Virus record (IMG/VR): IMGVR_UViG_3300020048_000022
Direction: 5' to 3' (one strand)
Source: an uncultured virus (IMG/VR IMGVR_UViG_3300020048_000022)
Lineage: Duplodnaviria > Heunggongvirae > Uroviricota > Caudoviricetes
Length of the DNA stretch: 38,731 bases
Of the stretch, positions 1-8,300 are shown piece after piece. The translations under genes were made by a program, and so were the position numbers. Each line of letters opens with the position of its first letter. Positions within the stretch are counted from its first letter, which is position 1. The notes below the pieces were generated by a model. It did no database searches and was not told the origin of the DNA. It saw only the letters and a list, made by a program, of their open reading frames with translations.

Positions 1-1572
1 ATTTTTTATATTTTCCACTCTAACACTCTGTCCACTGACATCTAAAAATATCATATAATAAGTTAAGGAATTACCAAGATCTATTAACTCGGGGGTTGTT
101 CCATCCTTTAAATTGTATACTGTGAATTTATAGAAGTTATCAAAAGGATCAATTAGTACTTTTGCTTTACCTTGTCCATATAATTTTGTTACATCAGGGG
201 TTGATGTCTCAGATATTACGTTACCATCTTTATCTATAATTATATTTTCCTGTGTTACAGAGATGTTATTATCTTTATAGAATACAGGTATTTTCTTTTC
301 TAACGGGGTAACATTAGGAGCAACTCCAACACCAGAAATAAGATTAGGTGCTTGTATTATTTTATTATAAACTTTCTGAGCATAAGCTCCAGTAGTAAGA
401 TTTATAATGTTATTTTCCTTACCGTATTTACTCACATCAAATGAAGAAAATGTTGATCTTCTTATGATCTGATTTTGATTCCCCTTATTAACTAACCTCA
501 TTGTATAATTAACAACAAATGATGTTGATAGTGGATTAACCAAAATTGGTCTGAATATAGCAGGAGAGTTAAAATCCTCTGTTTGTATACTTGTAAAATT
601 ATAAGTCGTTATATAAGAAAGTCCCACTTGTTCTTTTACCTCTATATCATTAACAACATAATAAGTATTTCCCACCTTTCCTTCCGATGTTAAGAAGTCT
701 TCCAAAAAGTTACCATCCCATGTGGGATAAAATTCTAAATAGTTATAAAATTGATTCTCCTGTATTACAGCAGATAAAGAACTAAAATTATCTTTAGGAA
801 ATATACTGAGTTGCGATCTAGTTTGACCTATATAATTTTGATATCCATTTTTAAGTACAGTCTGTGTTACTTCAAAAACTGTAAACTCCACTGGAGCATC
901 TCTTAAGAATCCATTTCCATCCGAAGATATTTTTGCAGCTAATGTGCTTGATTGTGTAGGGTTACCGTTTAGAATTTCAAATTCATAAACCATATTAGCA
1001 TAAGCAGGAATTTTAACCTCTACGTATTTGTCATATAAAGCTCCTCCTAAATAAATAGGATTAGGATTTAAGACTGGTAATGTCACGTCAGATTTTTGTA
1101 ACAAAATCTGCATTAAAGTGGCTTTTTTCCCTGTTCTCTCTTGGTACTTAGCTTGTAAAATTACTCCATCAAGATTATCAAAATTGTATCCCGATATAAT
1201 ATGAAATTTTACAGAATCATAATAGACACCAATATTAGAAGGAAACACTACAGGTAAATTACTTACTGGAGTTAATTTAGGATCTGTATCCAAATAAGGA
1301 ACTAAGAAATCCTTATCTAATGTAACGAATCTATTTTTATCAACTTGAACTACACTTAAATCTCTAACATTATTAGTTGTTGCCTCTGAAGAGGGGTTGT
1401 TTAAAATCTGTACTGTGTTACCGAAATACCCATTTACGATTTTTTCAAATCCCACCGCAGGAAATCCAGTATTAACGTAGTATACCTCAGGAGTTGGCGC
1501 AGTTGTGTAATTATACTCTAGTAATAAGTAATCAGTGATTTTAACAAACCTTTGTGTTGATGTATAAGCCAT
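1..1572 (-). CDS. Hypothetical, probably structural, protein of >=524 aa; 3'-truncated at the window edge and absent from the supplied ORF track
   Basis: ATG at 1572-1570. Hand translation MAYTSTQRFVKITDYLLLEYNY... stays open to base 1 (...SGQSVRVENIKN). Directly preceded by GAATATATAGAAC. Confidence 0.85.
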   Translation of the reverse strand, partial: MAYTSTQRFVKITDYLLLEYNYTTAPTPEVYYVNTGFPAVGFEKIVNGYFGNTVQILNNPSSEATTNNVRDLSVVQVDKNRFVTLDKDFLVPYLDTDPKLTPVSNLPVVFPSNIGVYYDSVKFHIISGYNFDNLDGVILQAKYQERTGKKATLMQILLQKSDVTLPVLNPNPIYLGGALYDKYVEVKIPAYANMVYEFEILNGNPTQSSTLAAKISSDGNGFLRDAPVEFTVFEVTQTVLKNGYQNYIGQTRSQLSIFPKDNFSSLSAVIQENQFYNYLEFYPTWDGNFLEDFLTSEGKVGNTYYVVNDIEVKEQVGLSYITTYNFTSIQTEDFNSPAIFRPILVNPLSTSFVVNYTMRLVNKGNQNQIIRRSTFSSFDVSKYGKENNIINLTTGAYAQKVYNKIIQAPNLISGVGVAPNVTPLEKKIPVFYKDNNISVTQENIIIDKDGNVISETSTPDVTKLYGQGKAKVLIDPFDNFYKFTVYNLKDGTTPELIDLGNSLTYYMIFLDVSGQSVRVENIKN

Positions 1573-1585
1573 GTTCTATATATTC
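1573..1585 (-). promoter_or_regulatory. Putative late promoter or 5'-leader motif GAATATATAGAAC
   Basis: Fills the 14-nt intergenic gap and abuts the ATG. An identical 13-mer lies at 27466-27478. Confidence 0.55.
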
Positions 1586-1586
1586 C

Positions 1587-2384
1587 TTAAAATTTAAACC
1601 AAGAATACTGTATACCTAATCCTATATTAAATACAGGACCTGCAATAGGTTTTCCGTTTAATCCGTAACCAGCTCCCATACCTATTCCTACATAAGGACC
1701 AACTGACCATTTTTTATTAGGAAACATTGTCTTAAGCACATCAGATTTATAAGGATCTATAACCGCACCTTCAATTTCTGTGATTTTCATTCCTGGATAT
1801 TTCGGTGTTACAAATATCTCCAGAGCATTATCTTTTTCTCTAAGACCAGTAATAAATGAGAATCCCATTTCATCTTGATCTATTCTAGTTTTTCCTGGAA
1901 TAACTCTATTATTAATTGTGTCTACTGTAAAGAAGCTCTTTCCTGAAAATTTTCTATAATTGTTTTCAGAAAATAAAGAATCATATTTCCAATCTAAACT
2001 GTATTTACCATTCCGATAGCTAGTAAGATAATTATTTACGTAATGTGTATCAACTTTAGTCTCAGTTACAACCTTCTCAATCACTATAACTTTACCTTTC
2101 TGTTTATCTAATTCTTCAGATAATGCTTTATTAAGATTTTCTAAATCTTTCTTAGAAGCTAATAGAGTCTTTCTCACGTATGTTGCCTCACCAGCTTTAT
2201 TCTTTTGAATGCGTACAGTGTCTTTTAACGCATCTAAATTCATATTCTGTATCTTGATCTGTGACTTAAGTGATAAGTTGCCGTCACACTGTCTAAATAG
2301 CAATAAACAAAGTATAGCAACTATTGCTAGAAGCACAATATCCTTTCTTTTAAGCATTTTAGTAATTAAAGATTCTTCTTTCAT
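1587..2384 (-). CDS. Membrane-anchored coiled-coil protein with C-terminal amphipathic beta-strands; spanin-like lysis candidate
   Basis: N-terminal hydrophobic segment IVLLAIVAILCLLLF followed by RQC, a central coiled coil, and a C-terminus KKWSVGPYVGIG...FNIGLGIQYSWFKF ending in Phe. Confidence 0.5.
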   Translation of the reverse strand: MKEESLITKMLKRKDIVLLAIVAILCLLLFRQCDGNLSLKSQIKIQNMNLDALKDTVRIQKNKAGEATYVRKTLLASKKDLENLNKALSEELDKQKGKVIVIEKVVTETKVDTHYVNNYLTSYRNGKYSLDWKYDSLFSENNYRKFSGKSFFTVDTINNRVIPGKTRIDQDEMGFSFITGLREKDNALEIFVTPKYPGMKITEIEGAVIDPYKSDVLKTMFPNKKWSVGPYVGIGMGAGYGLNGKPIAGPVFNIGLGIQYSWFKF

Positions 2385-2565
2385 CTTCTCTTGTTTTTTT
2401 TAATCTCTCAATCTCTAATTGAGCTTTATTTTTAAGTGAATCAATAATCTCGTCGTTTCCTATAAGATTCATTTTGTTCTCTAAATGATATTCGATCTCT
2501 TTCTCTATAAAGGAAAGATTACTGTGTATATCATTATATTGTTGGATAAACCAATCCCTTTCCAT
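2359..2565 (-). CDS. Small hypothetical helical protein, 68 aa
   Basis: Fills the gap between the fibre gene and the 265-aa gene on the operon strand and overlaps the next start by 26 nt. Confidence 0.6.
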   Translation of the reverse strand: MERDWFIQQYNDIHSNLSFIEKEIEYHLENKMNLIGNDEIIDSLKNKAQLEIERLKKTREDERRIFNY

Positions 2566-2576
2566 AGTATATTAAA

Positions 2577-5306
2577 TTATTTAACCATATATTGATAAGT
2601 CATATGATAATCTTTTCCAGATCCTGTAGGTATACCACTTCCATCGTTATATATTTCGCCATTAGTACCGTTGCCAGTTATACTATAGCTTCTGTTGGTT
2701 GTATCATTGACCACAGCCACTCCACGAATATTAGATATAACTGCAGGTAATGCTGGTTGTACAGGTAAATAGAAAATCGCGGTGTTTGTTTGTGTCCAAT
2801 ATGCAGCCACTTGTATCACACTTCCTACTCTCATCCAAGTTCCACTCATAGTTCCACCTCCTTGAACATAGCTGAATTGTCCTGAAGCTATACAATCTTG
2901 GCCTGGTAACATATAAACTACTCCGCTTGGTGGATCAGTTAATGAACTATGATGTAAGCTTACACTATAATTATGAATTCTACCACCGCTAAAAGTAAAA
3001 TCTGCGGTTGAGGGAGAAGTATCATATATTCTAACCTCACCAGTTCTAAGATTAGTATCTCCAGTAACCCCTAAATTACCTATTACCTCTACGCTTCCTG
3101 TTACTCCAATATTACCTTTTGCTCTAATAGCATAGTCAGTACCTGCTCCCGAAACTCCAATAGCAGCGGTTAAGTCTAAATATTGACCAACAGATATATT
3201 TTCCCCTCTATCGCTTACGAAGAATCCACTAGTACCAGCAGGACCTGTTCCAGCTATTGATGTTTTAGCGCCAACAGCAATAGCTACTGATCTATTTGCA
3301 GGACCTCCTTTGCTAGTGCCTGTAGTAGTAAGGAAAGGAATATATGACGTTATTTCTAGTCCATTAGGATAATTATTAATAGAGAAACCAGTAGCACTAA
3401 GCGGTGCTCCTTTTGTGTATGGATCATTATAGACTGCGCTATATAAGTCCCTTGAAATCTTAAGTAAAGAATTACCTCCTACTGGTGCTCCTGATCCTTG
3501 AATACCGACAAGATTAAATAGGGACAAAGGATCAGATGTTCCTATTGTCTGTACTCCAGTAACATATAAACTATGCCTAGGATTAGTAGCAGGGTTTGTT
3601 CCTGTTAAAGGGACTAAAGTAGGTGGAATATTAGAATTAGCTCCAATTGTAACACCACCTTGACCTGTTGTTCCAGATTCTCCAAAAACTCTTAAAAAAG
3701 ACTCATTTAAAGCCCCCATAATAATCTCGTTCCCTCCACCAGTACCATTCGCCATTAGAACTAATCTCTTGTTGGAATTTCTAGTCTCTATAGCAGTTTG
3801 GTAAGCAACAGTATTATTATTATAAGCACCCCCTGTAGAAAGACTAGTAATAGAAAAAACCCTTCCAGTAGATCCAGAATTAGCTATATTTGATATTTTA
3901 TGATTATAACTTACTAAAGGTAGAAATGAAGGAAACGTATATCCAGTACCTGCAAAGAATTCTTGTGTTATACTAGGTCCAGTACCAGATCCATCAAAAA
4001 CCCCGTCACCAATTATTGTTCTTGGTGAGTAATTAATACCTTTAGTTTTTATTTGTATACCTGGTCCGTAATTAGGAGATGTAACAAATAATTGAGGAAA
4101 TTTTCCTGCAGCTTCCGATGGTCCAGTAGTTGGAACACCACTTCCTGAGTTATCCCCCGTTGGATTTGTATGCCCGATCATAGAATGTCCAGCAACGAAT
4201 AAAACACCCTGATTATAATTAGGATTTCCCGATTGCCCAACAAACAAAGAAGAGGTATGGGGAGATGTACCAGTACCTATACTAGTATTTCCTCTAATTG
4301 CTAATCTTCTTGCATCTTCATTAGTTTGTTTAAATTGTCCAGTACCTAATCCAATGCCTACACCAGTTGTATTAGCAAATAAAGGAGCATTGCCCTGATT
4401 GATAGATCCTGTTACATTAAATTCTAAGAATCCCCCATTATTAGCAGTATTAATAAATACACCCTTATTTGCCGGATCTGTTTTTAATGTAATATTATCG
4501 GAAGCACTTTGTGCAGTAATCTCACTATTAGCATAAATATTTACTCCACCACCAGAAGCTGCGGATACAGTTGATCTTATTCCTATAGCTCCTCCTGGAT
4601 TGTTTAATGTGATATCATAATATGTAGGTCCAGAAGCTGAAGCATCCCAATCTATAGAAGGATTTCTTTGATTTCCTGTTGTTCCTGATCCTCCAGATGT
4701 AAGATCATAATTTGCTCTACCAAAACTTAGTATTTTAGTTCTTGAGTTTTCTGTTGAAATTTTTAATTTCGCATTCTCAAAATTAATATTAGATATTCCT
4801 GATCCTCCTGGTGTATATTGAGTAACACTATTATCTGATAAAACTAATGACTGATTAGAAGCTGTTCCAGATATTAATATTCCTTGTCCTGTACCACCCC
4901 CACTAACATCTATAGGAGTAATTTTCTGAAATATCTCCCCGGCAGATAATCCGTAACCAGTATTGGTCCATCCAGTAGCGGTAAAGACGTAAACGTCTTG
5001 ATTTGCTGAATCCGGATCTAACCAATAATCTCCTAAGGTAGGAAATGTCCAAGGATTAGATCCTGTTATACTAATAATGTCAGGAGCAATGTCTTGAACA
5101 AACCATTTAGTTCCTGAAGGACCCTGAGATCCTTGAACCCCTTGTGGTCCTTGTGGTCCAACAGCTCCAGTAGGACCCAATAATCCCTGTTGTCCTTGCG
5201 GTCCCCCACCAGCACTAAGTATCTGGTCAAAGTTATAATTAATCTTATCAACTACTGTTGATTGATTGTCTCCCTGTAAAACGTTTAATATGTTAATCTG
5301 CGGCAT
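2577..5306 (-). CDS. Tail/virion fibre protein with a collagen-like segment
   Basis: N-terminal GD...KINYNF anchor motif, 11 G-X-Y triplets, Gly/Ser/Thr-rich body with recurrent GxxxIG motifs (GNTSIGTG, GHSMIGHTNP, GVQTIGTSDP), and a C-terminal head-like domain (GTWMRVGSVIQV...FYLP). Confidence 0.75.
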   Translation of the reverse strand: MPQINILNVLQGDNQSTVVDKINYNFDQILSAGGGPQGQQGLLGPTGAVGPQGPQGVQGSQGPSGTKWFVQDIAPDIISITGSNPWTFPTLGDYWLDPDSANQDVYVFTATGWTNTGYGLSAGEIFQKITPIDVSGGGTGQGILISGTASNQSLVLSDNSVTQYTPGGSGISNINFENAKLKISTENSRTKILSFGRANYDLTSGGSGTTGNQRNPSIDWDASASGPTYYDITLNNPGGAIGIRSTVSAASGGGVNIYANSEITAQSASDNITLKTDPANKGVFINTANNGGFLEFNVTGSINQGNAPLFANTTGVGIGLGTGQFKQTNEDARRLAIRGNTSIGTGTSPHTSSLFVGQSGNPNYNQGVLFVAGHSMIGHTNPTGDNSGSGVPTTGPSEAAGKFPQLFVTSPNYGPGIQIKTKGINYSPRTIIGDGVFDGSGTGPSITQEFFAGTGYTFPSFLPLVSYNHKISNIANSGSTGRVFSITSLSTGGAYNNNTVAYQTAIETRNSNKRLVLMANGTGGGNEIIMGALNESFLRVFGESGTTGQGGVTIGANSNIPPTLVPLTGTNPATNPRHSLYVTGVQTIGTSDPLSLFNLVGIQGSGAPVGGNSLLKISRDLYSAVYNDPYTKGAPLSATGFSINNYPNGLEITSYIPFLTTTGTSKGGPANRSVAIAVGAKTSIAGTGPAGTSGFFVSDRGENISVGQYLDLTAAIGVSGAGTDYAIRAKGNIGVTGSVEVIGNLGVTGDTNLRTGEVRIYDTSPSTADFTFSGGRIHNYSVSLHHSSLTDPPSGVVYMLPGQDCIASGQFSYVQGGGTMSGTWMRVGSVIQVAAYWTQTNTAIFYLPVQPALPAVISNIRGVAVVNDTTNRSYSITGNGTNGEIYNDGSGIPTGSGKDYHMTYQYMVK
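5106..5204 (-). repeat. Collagen-like (G-X-Y)11 coding repeat
   Basis: GPQGQQGLLGPTGAVGPQGPQGVQGSQGPSGTK, residues 35-67 of the 909-aa ORF. Confidence 0.9.
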
Positions 5307-5322
5307 CTCTATTTATAGTTAC

Positions 5323-5332
5323 AATATATATC
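5323..5332 (-). promoter_or_regulatory. Putative late promoter motif GATATATATT
   Basis: In the 42-nt gap upstream of the fibre gene, with the same RATATATA core as three other intergenic sites. A TATAAATA also lies at 5310-5317. Confidence 0.5.
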
Positions 5333-5348
5333 AAAAATTCGATCCTCA

Positions 5349-8300
5349 TTAAATTTTTCCTATCTGTATAGAAAATGCTAGTGAATAATTAAATGATGGA
5401 TCTTTCGGTATTCTAAATTCGTATTTTAATTCATTAACTTTCGTGTATCTAATCTCTTGAGATGGATAATAGCCATTTATTAATTTTTGGTAATCCGCAA
5501 GATCACCAATCACAGGTGTTAATGACTGTGGATCAGCAACTGGTATTTTTTTCATATAAGATCCATTGTCTTTAGATTGGAATATAGGCAATACATTTAA
5601 TTTTATGTACTCGCTAAAATCGTCGTTAATATCAGTTAAGCTACCAAATCCAAATTCAGGTATTATAAATTCATTAAATGATTCCTTGCCTCCATTTTCT
5701 AAGAAGAATCTAGTTAGCATTCTATCAACTAACAAAACACCTCTTAGCTCCGTTGGTGTGTTTTCCCAAAGTATTTCGTAGTTGGGATAATTGTTATAAT
5801 TAAGATCCAATACTCCTTTAAGTGAAGTACCATAAACAATTTGTTTCTGTGAATTAACAGTGTCAGGAGTTTGCATCGCTTTACTTCCAAAGAAAGATTT
5901 TTCTTCTTTCATGTTTTTAGTCCCTGGTAAACTCGAATATCCAGTTGGTCCTGAGTATTGTCTATAGAATCCTGGGTCCCAAGAACTTTCAAATAGGGAA
6001 AGATCCCTTTTGTCCACTGGGGTTTCACCTATTAGATTATATGCTGGATTATATGGCGAATTTTGTCCTATTCTGAATATCCAATTAGTTGCATATTTAT
6101 AATAATTAACATTCTTGACATTTCCAAAATTATCTTTACTAGGACCAAAAGAACAATATGAATATTCTATGGAATCTATTACATTTATTTTGTGCCCCAT
6201 ATATTTTCCTCCTTGTGCAACGTAATAAACATCAGAAAGAAAATCATAAGGAACTTCAAACATTATATAAGCTCCGGGTGTTCCGGGGGTTCCAACTAAG
6301 TTGTATCCTTGAGCTAAAGAATCTAAAGGATAAGAATTTCCTGTATTATTTTTTGAAAAATATATCTGATATCCAGTATTGCTAGAATCACTAAGATCAA
6401 AGAAATAAGTGACCCCTTTAATTAAGCTTATTTCACTTTGCGTGTTTCCGTTTATTTCAAAACATAAATTAGATCCTAAATCGTATAATTCAGATCCATC
6501 TATTTTATCTGTAACTTTAACAGTAAATGTATATGTAGAAGGAATAGACCAAAAAGGTATATCATATTTTACATTCTCGAATTTTAATATCTCTCTAAAA
6601 CTAGGAATATATCCGCCTCCGTATCTGTATAATTCTGTATCCCCTTCCAATTCAGATATATTATACCCAACATTAAATACAGAAAGCTCTTGTGGCTTGT
6701 CAGTAATTTCTTCTGGAAATAAAATTGAATTCTGGACAAAAGTGGAAGGCTTAATGAATTCTAAAACAAACTGATTGTCTAAAATATCAGTAGTGTTAGT
6801 CGCTTCGTTCCACACATAAGTCTTATATTCTATATAAGGATATCCGGTATTAACCCAAAGAGATAAATTAGCAAACGATATTTTTTCTAGTATACTACCC
6901 CAATATGATTTACCTCCCTCTCTTTGATAAATTGGTGTATTTGCAACCGTATTATAATTAGCAGTTGATGGAATATTTAAAGGACCAGGTAATCCTATTT
7001 GACTAAAGTCAAATTCATAATTAGAATCTGTAGCTGTGAATTTAACAGCATCTTCAGAAACCCCAGTAGGGAAAGGTAATGTGTATCCTCCGCCCGCTCC
7101 CGCATTTCCAATTACCCCATAGAAAGATCCAGGCCCAAAAGAGCTACCTGCAGTTGGTACCACACTAGGTAAATATGTAAAGTTTATTTCCTCTCTTAGA
7201 TCCGTTTCATAATTAGGATTAGGTATAGTATAAATTGTTCCCTCATCTCCCTGTGTACCAGAGTTAACTACAGATACAAATCCTTGTGAATTTGGATTAG
7301 ATGAAACATTCAAGGCTGAAGAAAGCTTAATATCACCTATTATTGGTAATTCAATATCATTATTAGGTAACCAAGAAGGAGGAGATGATACTGGATAATA
7401 TTGACTATCTAATTTATCTTTTAAAGAGTAAAGTAAGAAATAATCCAGATCAAGATATTGAAGTTCAGGACTGATATTTTCAAAATCTAAAACCCTAGCA
7501 TCATCAATAAGAACTTCAACAACGAAAGTGATATTCTTAAAAGTCCTATTCTCTATAATTTTTACTTTTACTGGGATTTGTATATCTTCTGGTATATTTC
7601 TTATTGGTACTATTACGCAAGAGAATTTATAATCATCATAGAATGTATCATCCTCGACATATTTTATAGACTCCCCTTGAGCATAATCAGTAAAAGTTCT
7701 TTTAATTCTTACCTTAGCTCCTCTATATAATGTCTCGGAAAATCCATTTGCAGAATTGAAATCAAATATAGAAAATCTTTCAGTCAAATCTATTTTATCT
7801 ATAGTGGAACTTGTGGGATAATAAGTATTAAGATCCTCTCCCTCTATAGAAAAATAATCAAAGAAATAATCTCTTAAAGAAGGATTAGCATCATTCAATA
7901 AGATCTCGTCTATCTCTTTAGCTAAATAATTCTTATCTATATGAAGATTTGATTCTGGTATAGAATAAGGAGGCTTCTGTAAATGATACCATTCGTGAGT
8001 AAAGTATTGAGGATCTTGAGATCTTTTAAAGAAACTAGGTGAAAAATTAAGTGGGCTAAAAGCAAGATTTGCATTTAGTCTGTATCCATTCCCTCTAATA
8101 TCCGTTCCTCCTCTATAAACCCATTTAGTTATATAAGGACTTACTCTACTTTTTAGTGCAAAAGTTGGGTTGTAATTATCTTCAGTGTAATCATATTCTG
8201 AAGATAATTTACCAAAATTTAATATCTCATATTTGGTATTAATACCATTAGTATCATTAATAAATTGTAAGGATTGAATTCCATAAAAGCCAGGGAAAGC

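Noticed and set aside
5310..5317. Exact T4 late promoter TATAAATA
   Set aside because: It is a single intergenic instance only 3 nt from the ATG. The recurring motif here is RATATATA, so it was not called separately.
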